Shown here piece after piece: positions 1-8,378 of a DNA stretch of 64,000 nt (position 1 is the first letter of the stretch; every line of letters begins with the position of its first letter). Under the pieces are notes generated by a model, which made no database searches, was not told the DNA's origin, and saw only the letters and a program-made list of their open reading frames with translations. The stretch spans positions 17,855-81,854 of the forward strand of contig JBBIIG010000013.1 in assembly GCA_037446635.1 (NCBI GenBank), given 5' to 3'. The translations under genes and the position numbers were made by a program. This DNA comes from a bacterium. Its GTDB lineage: Bacteria; Zhuqueibacterota; Zhuqueibacteria; Oceanimicrobiales; Oceanimicrobiaceae.

Positions 1-474
1 CTTGGCAAAGAAGGCGATGGCTGGAAAATCGCCATGCTGGCGTTTGATCATTCGCGCCCCGTGGTGGCCGCAGCCGCGGTGGGGTTGGCGCAGGGCGCGA
101 TGCAACATGCCATTCGCTACGCCACAGAGCGCAAAACGTTCGGAGTGCCCATCGCGCAACATCAAGCAATTAATTTTATGATCGCGGACATGGCGATGAA
201 CATCGAAGCGGCGCGGCTGCTGGTTTGGAAATCCGCGTGGAAAACCGATCGCGGCGAACGCAACACTCTTGAAGCCGCGTACGCCAAAGCCTTTGCCGCC
301 GACATGGCGATGAAAGTCGCCACCGATGCGGTGCAGGTATTTGGCGGCTATGGCTACTCCGCCGAATATCCCGTTGAAAAGATGATGCGCGACGCGAAGA
401 TTTTCCAAATCTATGAGGGCACGAGTCAGATTCAACGTGTGATCATTGCGCGTGAGTTGTTTGGTCGGAAATGA
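1..474 (+). CDS. Acyl-CoA dehydrogenase, C-terminal part (5' truncated by the window)
   Basis: Open frame from base 1 ([12 protein letters not shown]...). Motifs [17 protein letters not shown] and [17 protein letters not shown]. Confidence 0.95.
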   Translation, partial: LGKEGDGWKIAMLAFDHSRPVVAAAAVGLAQGAMQHAIRYATERKTFGVPIAQHQAINFMIADMAMNIEAARLLVWKSAWKTDRGERNTLEAAYAKAFAADMAMKVATDAVQVFGGYGYSAEYPVEKMMRDAKIFQIYEGTSQIQRVIIARELFGRK

Positions 475-516
475 TGTTTACTCAACCTTCAAGGTTTTGT
501 AAACATGGGAGTAATC

Positions 517-996
517 ATGGCTCGAAAGTTAGTAACTCTAAACATCAACGGTTCAAACTACGAAACCGCCATTCGCGAGTATGACGTGCTGCTCGATGTC
601 ATCCGCGAGAATCTCAATCTCATTGGCACCAAACGCGGCTGCGACATGGGCACCTGCGGCTGCTGCACCGTCATCATTGATGGCCGCGCGCGGCTCTCGT
701 GTTTGACGCTGGCGATGGAGTGTCTCGGCAAAAAAATCACTACAATCGAGGGCTTGAAATCTCCACTCATTCATCCGCTGCAAAAAGCGTTTGCTGAGTC
801 CGGCGGCTCGCAGTGCGGATTTTGTACGCAGGGCTTCATCATGACGGCCAAAGCTTTTCTTGATGAACACCCCAATCCGACACGCAATGAAATCAAAGAA
901 GCTATTTCCGGCAACATGTGCCGCTGCACGGGATATATCAAAATCGTCGATGCCATCGAAGATGCTGCAGCAAAAGTTCGAGGCGAGGCGAGGTGA
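517..996 (+). CDS. hcrC: 2x[2Fe-2S] small subunit of the xanthine oxidase family (4-hydroxybenzoyl-CoA reductase gamma-like)
   Basis: GTKRGCDMGTCGCC, QCGFC and GNMCRCTGY motifs. GGAG precedes ATG 517; ATG 505 is an alternative start. Confidence 0.85.
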   Translation: MARKLVTLNINGSNYETAIREYDVLLDVIRENLNLIGTKRGCDMGTCGCCTVIIDGRARLSCLTLAMECLGKKITTIEGLKSPLIHPLQKAFAESGGSQCGFCTQGFIMTAKAFLDEHPNPTRNEIKEAISGNMCRCTGYIKIVDAIEDAAAKVRGEAR

Positions 997-1163
997 TAGG
1001 ATGCAATCAGGAAAATTTTACGGATGAATGGGTGGTACAAATCACTAAGTCGGACAGGCACAACAACCCTGTCGCCGGAGTCGTACTTTTTCACGGCTCG
1101 GAAGAAGAAGTTTCCGATAGGGGGGAATATCGCGAGCAGAATCCTAATGCCGAGGTGATTTAG
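993..1163 (+). pseudogene. Probable remnant of a small DUF5678-like gene
   Basis: Reads NFTDEWVVQITKSD...VAGVVLFHGSEEEVSDR...REQNPNAEV. No convincing start; the upstream DAIRK is in another frame; early stop. Confidence 0.4.
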
Positions 1164-1282
1164 TTCCAAAGGCATGGGGGTATTGCTTGGCGCGAGGGGA
1201 TAGGATAAAAGGCAGATTTCAACATTTCGGAGTGCATCGCCGCTTTGATTCTCAGAAAGATTCCGAAAGAAAGTGAGAGACT

Positions 1283-3652
1283 ATGCAAACAGTAAAATCA
1301 GCGACCAATATCATCGGCAAGCGCGTACCGCTCGTCGATGCCATGAAGAAAACCACGGGCGAAGGATTCTACACCGACGACATCAAACTCCCCGGCATGT
1401 TGGTGGGAAAGATTCTGCGCAGTCCATTTTCACACGCGCGCATCGTCAAAATCAATACGGCGAAAGCAGAGGCGCTGCCGGGCGTTCACGTGGTTCTCAC
1501 CGGCGACGAGCGCGGTGCGCAAAATCGCTTCGGCGTTTTGCCCATCTCCAAAGATGAAATCAGCCTTCCGAAACCGGGCGCCGCGGGACGCGCAGGCAAA
1601 GCGCTGTACATCGGCGATTGCGTTGCGGCCGTGGCGGCGGATGATGAGGAAATCGCGCTGGAAGCGTTGCGGCTCATTGAAATTGAATGGAAGGAGTTGC
1701 CGCCAATACTGCGTGTTGAAGATGGTCTCAAAAAAACCGACGAGCCGCTGCAAGACAATACCGAAGACGGCACCAACATTCACAAATCTGTTGAACAGCA
1801 TTTTGGCGACGTGCCGGCAGCGATCAAAAATTCCAAATATGTGAAGAGTGGCGAGTTTGAATTTGTGGGGTTGAACCACGCGTTTACCGAGCCCATTGCC
1901 ACCATCGCCCATTACGATGCTGATGACCGGCTGACGGTGTGGTCGGCGCAGCAGGTGCCGCACTACCTGCACCGCGCGCTGGCGGAAGTGATGGAGATGC
2001 CGATGCACCGCATCCGCGTCATTCGTCCGATGGTGGGCGGCGGCTTCGGCGGCAAGAGCGATCCGTTTCCCCATGAAATGATCGCCGCGCTGCTGTCGCG
2101 AAAGTGTCGGCGGCCCGTAAAGATACTTTTTGATCGCGAAGAAAATTTTTACAACAATCACGGCCGCCATCCCACCAAAACCAAAATCACGGTTGCCGCA
2201 GATGCAGATGGCAAAATCACCGCGCTGGATCTGGACGCCACCATCGACGGCGGCGCGTGGGGAAGTTTTGGCGTGGTGACCACCTACTACAACGGCGTGC
2301 TGGCGATGGGGCCGTATCAAATTCCAAATTTCCGTTACGCCGGCCGGCGCGTTTACACCAACAAAGCGCCCTGCGGTGCCATGCGCGGTCACGGGGCGGT
2401 GAACACCCGTTTTGCTTTCGAGGTATTGATGGATCAATTGGCCGAAGAAGCCAACGTCGATCCCTGCGATTTTCGTCTCGCCAATCTTTTGCCCGCGAAT
2501 TGTGAGACTGTCAACGGCTTTCGCATCACCAGCAACGGCACCCGTGAGTGTATTTTGCGGACCCGCGAGCGATCCGAGTGGAACAAAAAATTTCGTCGCT
2601 TGCCGTATGGTGAAGGCATTGGCATTGCCTGCGGATTTTATATCAGCGGCAGCGCGCATCGCATTCATTTCAACGAGCTGCCGCAGTCCACTGTGCACTT
2701 GAAGATTGACATGGATGGCGGCATCACCGTGCACTGCTTGGCTGCGGAGATCGGACAGGGCAGCGACACCATGCTGGCGCAATGCGTCGCCGAGCCGCTG
2801 GGCGTGAAGCTGGATCGTATTCGCATTTTCTCAGCCGACTCCGATACCGATCCCATCGATCTCGGCTCGTACTCCAGTCGCGTGACCTTTATGGCTGGCA
2901 ACGCCGCGATTCAAGCCGCGGAGAAGATTCGAGAAAAATTGGTCAATGCGGCTTCACGTGTTACAGGGCGACCCGCTGACGGTTTCATTCTGCAAAAGGA
3001 AAGAGTCGTTTACGCCCCCGATCCGAAAATCTCGCTTAGTTTTGATGAAGCGCTGCAAGCGGCGTTGGCAAAAAACGGCGCACTGATCGCCAAAGGGATT
3101 TACCAATCGCCGCCGCCCATTGGCAAGCGCGATCAATTCAAAGGCTGGCGCGCGGGACTTTCGCCGACGTACAGCTTTCAAGCCTATATCGCACAAGTCA
3201 AAGTCGATCCCGATACTTTTGAAGTTCGTGTGGAAAAAGTTTGGGCCGCGCATGATTGCGGGAAGGCGCTGAATCCGCTGGCGGTGGAAGGACAAATCGA
3301 GGGCTGCATTCACATGGGACTGGGACAGGCGCTGTGCGAGGAGATGCCGTACCTCAAAGGCGCGATTGCCGGCCCGAATTTTCTGGATTATCGCACCATT
3401 ACTCCGATGCAAATGCCTGAGGTGGACGTCATCATTGTCGAGAGCAACGATCCTGAAGGGCCGTTTGGCGCGAAGGAAGCAGGGGAGGGTCCACTGTTGC
3501 CAATTCTTCCGGCCGTTGCCAACGCCATTTACGATGCCATCGGCGTGCGGATGTATGAGCTACCCATGACGCCCGATAAAATTTGGCGTGAGGCGCAGCG
3601 GCAATTGCTAACCGCGGAAAAACTCAAAGCAGGATTCGTCCTCACAAAATAG
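1283..3652 (+). CDS. hcrA: Molybdopterin-binding large subunit, 4-hydroxybenzoyl-CoA reductase alpha-like
   Basis: FGVLPI, GGGFGGK, GAMRGHG, EIGQGSDT, GSYSSRVTFM and KEAGEG motifs closely follow HcrA/HbaC. Confidence 0.85.
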   Translation: MQTVKSATNIIGKRVPLVDAMKKTTGEGFYTDDIKLPGMLVGKILRSPFSHARIVKINTAKAEALPGVHVVLTGDERGAQNRFGVLPISKDEISLPKPGAAGRAGKALYIGDCVAAVAADDEEIALEALRLIEIEWKELPPILRVEDGLKKTDEPLQDNTEDGTNIHKSVEQHFGDVPAAIKNSKYVKSGEFEFVGLNHAFTEPIATIAHYDADDRLTVWSAQQVPHYLHRALAEVMEMPMHRIRVIRPMVGGGFGGKSDPFPHEMIAALLSRKCRRPVKILFDREENFYNNHGRHPTKTKITVAADADGKITALDLDATIDGGAWGSFGVVTTYYNGVLAMGPYQIPNFRYAGRRVYTNKAPCGAMRGHGAVNTRFAFEVLMDQLAEEANVDPCDFRLANLLPANCETVNGFRITSNGTRECILRTRERSEWNKKFRRLPYGEGIGIACGFYISGSAHRIHFNELPQSTVHLKIDMDGGITVHCLAAEIGQGSDTMLAQCVAEPLGVKLDRIRIFSADSDTDPIDLGSYSSRVTFMAGNAAIQAAEKIREKLVNAASRVTGRPADGFILQKERVVYAPDPKISLSFDEALQAALAKNGALIAKGIYQSPPPIGKRDQFKGWRAGLSPTYSFQAYIAQVKVDPDTFEVRVEKVWAAHDCGKALNPLAVEGQIEGCIHMGLGQALCEEMPYLKGAIAGPNFLDYRTITPMQMPEVDVIIVESNDPEGPFGAKEAGEGPLLPILPAVANAIYDAIGVRMYELPMTPDKIWREAQRQLLTAEKLKAGFVLTK

Positions 3653-3789
3653 TCTCTGAACGAAAACTCGCAAAGGGGTTGTCGCTGCGAGCGTTTTTCA
3701 GCGAAGCAGTCCGCAGGTCACCCATGAGAAATGCTTTCTGACTTTTCGGTCGGAACCAAATAACTGGTTTGATTTGAAAGGAGGTAAAT

Positions 3790-4818
3790 GTGTTTCGGAA
3801 AAGCTGGCTACTGTTTTTCATCGCTATCATTCTATTTCGCGATGCTCAATCTCAAGAGCAAATTGGTGCTCGAAAATTCGCCCGTCCAGTTCACACCTAT
3901 TCCATTGTCGCGCGCGAGCCCCAAACCGGCGAAATGGGCGTGGCGGTGCAGTCGCATTGGTTTTCGGTTGGTTCAGTCGTAACGTGGGCGGAGGCGGGAG
4001 TTGGCGCTGTCGCAACCCAATCTTTGGTTGATGTCACCTACGGGCCGCTGGCGTTGGAATTATTGCGCGCGGGCCGAACGGCAGAGCAAACGTTGGCGGC
4101 GTTGACCACCGCCGATCCGCATCCTGAAATTCGGCAAGTGGCCATCATCGATGCCATGGGAAACGTGGCGGCGCACACGGGCGAGAAGTGCATTCCCGAC
4201 GCCGGGCACATCGTCGGCGACAATTTTTCCGTACAAGCCAACTTGATGCTGAACGACAAAGTTTGGCCGGCAATGAAAGAAGCGTATGAAAAAACCAGCG
4301 GCGACCTCGCTGAAAAAATGCTGGCAGCGTTGGATGCGGCGCAAGCGGTTGGCGGCGACATTCGCGGCAAGCAATCGGCAGCGATTCTGATTGTGAAAGG
4401 CGAATCGACGGGACGTCCGTGGGCCGACAAAGTGATGGATTTGCGGGTCGAAGATCACCCCGAACCCCTGAAAGAGCTGCGGCGATTGGTGCAGGTTCAT
4501 CGCGCGTATGAACACATGAACAAGGGCGACTTGGCTTTGGAGCATAATGACATCGAAGGCGCGCTGCGGGAGTACGGTGCCGCGGAAGCCATGTTTCCCG
4601 ACAACCTCGAAATGAAATTCTGGCACGCCGTTTCACTTGTGAACGCTGGCCGAGTTGATGACTCGCTGCCGATTTTCAAAGCCATTTTTGAAAAAGACAA
4701 GAATTGGGCGATTTTGACGCCGCGGCTTCCGGGAGTCGATTTGCTTCCGGACGACCAGGCTGTAATCAACAAAATACTGTCCGTTGCACCAAAGGATGTC
4801 AACAAATCAACCAAATAG
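3790..4818 (+). CDS. DUF1028 (Ntn-hydrolase-like) exported protein with C-terminal TPR
   Basis: Signal peptide, HTYSIVAR, GVGAVATQS and GGDIRGKQSAA motifs. AAGGAGG RBS before the GTG. Confidence 0.85.
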   Translation: MFRKSWLLFFIAIILFRDAQSQEQIGARKFARPVHTYSIVAREPQTGEMGVAVQSHWFSVGSVVTWAEAGVGAVATQSLVDVTYGPLALELLRAGRTAEQTLAALTTADPHPEIRQVAIIDAMGNVAAHTGEKCIPDAGHIVGDNFSVQANLMLNDKVWPAMKEAYEKTSGDLAEKMLAALDAAQAVGGDIRGKQSAAILIVKGESTGRPWADKVMDLRVEDHPEPLKELRRLVQVHRAYEHMNKGDLALEHNDIEGALREYGAAEAMFPDNLEMKFWHAVSLVNAGRVDDSLPIFKAIFEKDKNWAILTPRLPGVDLLPDDQAVINKILSVAPKDVNKSTK

Positions 4819-4821
4819 AAA

Positions 4822-5793
4822 ATGATTTTACCAAAATTCCATTTTCATCAGCCAGCAACTGTAGAAGAGGCTGTAGTCATCGCCAAACAGTGTAACGGTG
4901 ATTTTGACTACATCGCCGGCGGCACCGATGTGCTGCCCAATTATAAAAACCGGCTGAACAATCGCAATAATGTCATCAGCCTGAGTCGAATCAAAACGCT
5001 TTTTGAGGTCTCCGAAACCCAAATCGGCAGTATGACGACGCTGGTGGAATTGGAGCGGAGCACGCTTCTCAATAAGCGGTATCCGGTAATCCCACAAACC
5101 GCAAAATTGATTGCCACACCGCTGATTCGAGAGTCTGCGACGGTGGGGGGAAATATCCTCCTGGATACGCGCTGCTGGTTTTTTAATCAGTCCTTTTTGT
5201 GGCGGCAGTCCAAAGGGTTTTGTTTGAAAGCAGATGGCGATGTGTGTCTGGTGGTGCCGCAAAAGGAAACCTGCTACGCAACTTACTCTGGGGATTTGGC
5301 GCCGGTGTTCATGGTGCTTGATGCCAGTTTCGCATTGGCTGGTCCCGAAAGAACGCGTTCTGTTCATTCCAGCCAATTTTTTACACACGACGGCATTACC
5401 CGTAATGTCAAATTACCGGAAGAAATCTTAACACATATCACTATTCCGAAGTCTTCGCGGCAATTACGGGCCGGTTACAAAAAGCTTCGCATGCGCGACA
5501 ACATGGATTATCCGGTGATGGGTACCGCCGTCGCCTTGCAGCTTAATCAAAGGACTATCGAAACCTTGCGAATCGCGGTGACAGGCACGGGCACCACCCC
5601 GTTTCTTTATGACGAAATCACTTCGCAATTCATCGGCGACCAATTGACACAGGAACTCATTCGCCAAATCAGTCACGAAATTATGGAGCAGGTTAAGCCC
5701 TATCGCAACGTTCATTTTTCTCCGCAGTATCGCAAGGCCATGGTGGGGATTTATTTGCAGCGGCTATTAACAGAACTTTCTGGTCTTTCCTGA
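4822..5793 (+). CDS. hcrB: FAD-binding medium subunit with [4Fe-4S] insert, 4-hydroxybenzoyl-CoA reductase beta-like
   Basis: AGGTD and ATVGGN motifs. Four-Cys insert RCWFFNQS..GFCLKADGDVC..KETCYATYSGD is typical of HcrB. Confidence 0.85.
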   Translation: MILPKFHFHQPATVEEAVVIAKQCNGDFDYIAGGTDVLPNYKNRLNNRNNVISLSRIKTLFEVSETQIGSMTTLVELERSTLLNKRYPVIPQTAKLIATPLIRESATVGGNILLDTRCWFFNQSFLWRQSKGFCLKADGDVCLVVPQKETCYATYSGDLAPVFMVLDASFALAGPERTRSVHSSQFFTHDGITRNVKLPEEILTHITIPKSSRQLRAGYKKLRMRDNMDYPVMGTAVALQLNQRTIETLRIAVTGTGTTPFLYDEITSQFIGDQLTQELIRQISHEIMEQVKPYRNVHFSPQYRKAMVGIYLQRLLTELSGLS

Positions 5794-5804
5794 ACCCGAT
5801 CACA

Positions 5805-6842
5805 ATGAAAAAAACGATGAAAGCCGTTGTCATCCATGAGCATGGCGGCGTGGATAAACTTTCCTATGAGGATTATCCCGTTCCTGAAATTCGAGCCGAT
5901 GAAATTTTGGTTGAGGTAAAGGCCATTGCCTTAAACCATCTTGATGTTTGGGTGCGCAAGGGCGTGGCTTCCACGAAATTGCCCATGCCGCATATTTTAG
6001 GCTCGGATACCGCCGGAGTTGTGGCTGCCGTGGGCGATATTGTAAAGAATGTACATGTCGGCGATAACGTTTTACTGGCGCCCGCCTGGGGCTGCGGTTA
6101 CTGCGAATACTGCCTCGCTGGCGACGACAACTTGTGCCGCGATTATAAAGTTTTGGGGGAAAATACCACGGGCGTTTATGCGCAGTATGTCAAAGCGCCG
6201 GCGCAAAATGCGTTTCCCATCCCCGATGGCTTGAGCTTCGAGGGAGCCGCTGCGATTCCGCTGGTTTTTTTGACGGCCTGGCACATGTTAGTGCACCAGG
6301 CTAAAGTTCAGCCGGGCGAGCTTGTGTTAATTTTGGCAGCGGGCAGCGGCGTTGGCAGTGCTGGCGTTCAAATCGCAAAACTGTTTGGAGCGCGCGTCAT
6401 CGCCACCGCAAGCACCGATGCAAAACTTGAGAGGGCGAAAGAACTGGGGGCGGACCATCTTATCAATCATCAAACGCAGGATGTTTTGGAGGAAGTGAAA
6501 CGGCTCACCAACAAACGCGGCGTGGACATAGTGTTCGAACACGTTGGCAAATCAACTTGGGAAAAGAGTATTAAGGCGCTGCGCAAGGGCGGCCGGCTAG
6601 TCACTTGCGGCGCAACCACCGGCTATGATGCCGTAACGGATTTGCGCTACGTCTTCTTCAAGGAACTTAAAATTTTAGGCAACTTCATGGGTCGCAAAGA
6701 GGGCTTGCGAAGAGCGCTGCAGTTTTTTCCGGAGCGACTGAAGCCGGTCATCGATACCACGTTTGCCCTGAAAGACGCAGCCAAAGCCCATGAGCGGCTG
6801 ATGAATCGTAAACAATTTGGAAAGGTCATTTTGAAACCATAA
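5805..6842 (+). CDS. Zinc-binding dehydrogenase / quinone oxidoreductase (MDR family)
   Basis: LNHLDVW, structural-Zn CGYCEYC..C, and AAGSGVG motifs. Confidence 0.9.
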   Translation: MKKTMKAVVIHEHGGVDKLSYEDYPVPEIRADEILVEVKAIALNHLDVWVRKGVASTKLPMPHILGSDTAGVVAAVGDIVKNVHVGDNVLLAPAWGCGYCEYCLAGDDNLCRDYKVLGENTTGVYAQYVKAPAQNAFPIPDGLSFEGAAAIPLVFLTAWHMLVHQAKVQPGELVLILAAGSGVGSAGVQIAKLFGARVIATASTDAKLERAKELGADHLINHQTQDVLEEVKRLTNKRGVDIVFEHVGKSTWEKSIKALRKGGRLVTCGATTGYDAVTDLRYVFFKELKILGNFMGRKEGLRRALQFFPERLKPVIDTTFALKDAAKAHERLMNRKQFGKVILKP

Positions 6843-6854
6843 ACCTATTATGAA

Positions 6855-7130
6855 ATGAGGTATGCACTTATGAAGAAGGGGTCGCGAAATATTAACAAAA
6901 ACTTTGTTCGAAAAGCTGAGGAGTTTTACCAAAAGCATTTGAAGGACAAATTAGAGAAAGAGCATTTTGGGGAGATTATTGCAATTGAGCCAATTTCTGG
7001 GGAATATTTTTTTGGAGACAAAGATATTGATGCGGCATTAAAAGCAAGAGAAAAATATCCGGAGCGATTAGTCTATATTAAGAAAATTGGGCATAAGGCC
7101 GTGCACTTTGTTGGATGCAATATAAAATGA
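6855..7130 (+). CDS. Small DUF5678-like hypothetical protein
   Basis: LEKEHFGEIIAIEPISGEYFFG...ALKAREKYP...KIG. AT-rich. ATGA overlap with the downstream protease gene. Confidence 0.65.
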   Translation: MRYALMKKGSRNINKNFVRKAEEFYQKHLKDKLEKEHFGEIIAIEPISGEYFFGDKDIDAALKAREKYPERLVYIKKIGHKAVHFVGCNIK

Positions 7131-7495
7131 CCCTCTCTGGCGAAGTAAAAGACGGACGACCTATAGTTGACTTAGAAATCGAGGGTGAAAAAGGTTTGGC
7201 TAAAATCCCTGTGAACCTTGATACTGGATTTAACGGCGAACTAATGCTGACATACGAAACGATTCGTTATTTGAAGCTTGATCTCTTGGGTAAAGAAAGT
7301 TTTTTTGTGGCAAGTGGTGATTATGTCGAAACGGATTTTTACCGTGCATTCCTCCATTGGTTCGGCCAAAGAAGAATCGTCGGGGTTTTGGCCACGAAAG
7401 GTTCGCATAACTTATTGGGAACGGATTTACTATCGCAATCGATTATTATGATCAACATGCCACAATCATCCGTGATTGTAGAACTCGTAAGGTAA
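7127..7495 (+). CDS. Clan AA (retropepsin-like) aspartic protease
   Basis: LDTGFNG catalytic motif and C-terminal LLGTDLL. Confidence 0.85.
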   Translation: MTLSGEVKDGRPIVDLEIEGEKGLAKIPVNLDTGFNGELMLTYETIRYLKLDLLGKESFFVASGDYVETDFYRAFLHWFGQRRIVGVLATKGSHNLLGTDLLSQSIIMINMPQSSVIVELVR

Positions 7496-7516
7496 ATTCA
7501 AACGGAGCTTGCTAAT

Positions 7517-8371
7517 TTGAACGTCAGAAAAATTTCCGTGGTTGGCGCCGGCACCATGGGGCGTGGTATCGCGCACGTGGCTTGTGTTGGCGGATTTGAA
7601 ACCGTGCTGCAGGATATTTCGGAGGAGATGCTGCAGAAATCGAAAGCGCAGATTCAGGAAAATCTGAATAAGGCGGTGGAGAGAAATTTGCTGAGTCGCA
7701 ACGATGCCGAAAAAGCTTTAGCGCGGTTGACCACCACGCGCGAGCTGAGCGCCGGTGTGCGCCACGCCAATTTTATCATCGAAGCCATCCCGGAGATTCT
7801 TGAAGCAAAACTCGAGCTGTTTTCAAAGATTGACAAAATATGCGCGCCGGAAGTGATTTTTGCATCCAATACTTCCGCTTTAAGCATCACCGAAATGGCC
7901 GCGGTAACCACTCGCCCGCAGCGGTTCATCGGCATGCACTTTTTCAATCCCGTGCATAAAATGAAACTGGTGGAGATCGTGCGCGGCTTGGAAACGGGCG
8001 CCGAGACCATCGAAACCACCAAAGCGGTCGCTGCGCAGATGGGGAAGGAAACCGTTGTCATCAAAGAATCGCCGGGGTTCATCACCAGCCGTCTCAACGC
8101 GCTGATTGGCAACGAGGCATTTTACCTGTTGCAGGAGGGTATCGCCAGCGCCGAGGAGATCGATAAGGCCCTCAAGCTGGGATTGAATCATCCGATGGGT
8201 CCGTTTGAAATGGTTGACCTCGTCGGCCTTGACACGCGATTGAGTATCCTCAAATTCCTGCACCAGACGCTTGGAGAAAAATATCGCCCCTGCCCGTTGC
8301 TGGAGCAGTATGTGAAAGCGGGAAGGTTGGGGAGGAAAGTAGGGCGGGGGGTGTATGAGTATGAAAAGTGA
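7517..8371 (+). CDS. hbd: 3-hydroxybutyryl-CoA / 3-hydroxyacyl-CoA dehydrogenase
   Basis: GAGTMG, ASNTS, GMHFFNPV, HPMGP and GRLGRKVGRG motifs. TTG start. Confidence 0.9.
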   Translation: MNVRKISVVGAGTMGRGIAHVACVGGFETVLQDISEEMLQKSKAQIQENLNKAVERNLLSRNDAEKALARLTTTRELSAGVRHANFIIEAIPEILEAKLELFSKIDKICAPEVIFASNTSALSITEMAAVTTRPQRFIGMHFFNPVHKMKLVEIVRGLETGAETIETTKAVAAQMGKETVVIKESPGFITSRLNALIGNEAFYLLQEGIASAEEIDKALKLGLNHPMGPFEMVDLVGLDTRLSILKFLHQTLGEKYRPCPLLEQYVKAGRLGRKVGRGVYEYEK

Positions 8372-8378
8372 ATGAGTG

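Noticed and set aside
1565..1600. Short PKPGAAGRAG insertion in HcrA as another repeat-derived loop
   Set aside because: Only a partial GCGCAGGC match and no clear palindrome.
1430..2782. 450-aa minus-strand ORF (similar cases at 43524..44798 and 44967..46103)
   Set aside because: Antisense shadows of hcrA and cusA, expected from codon bias.
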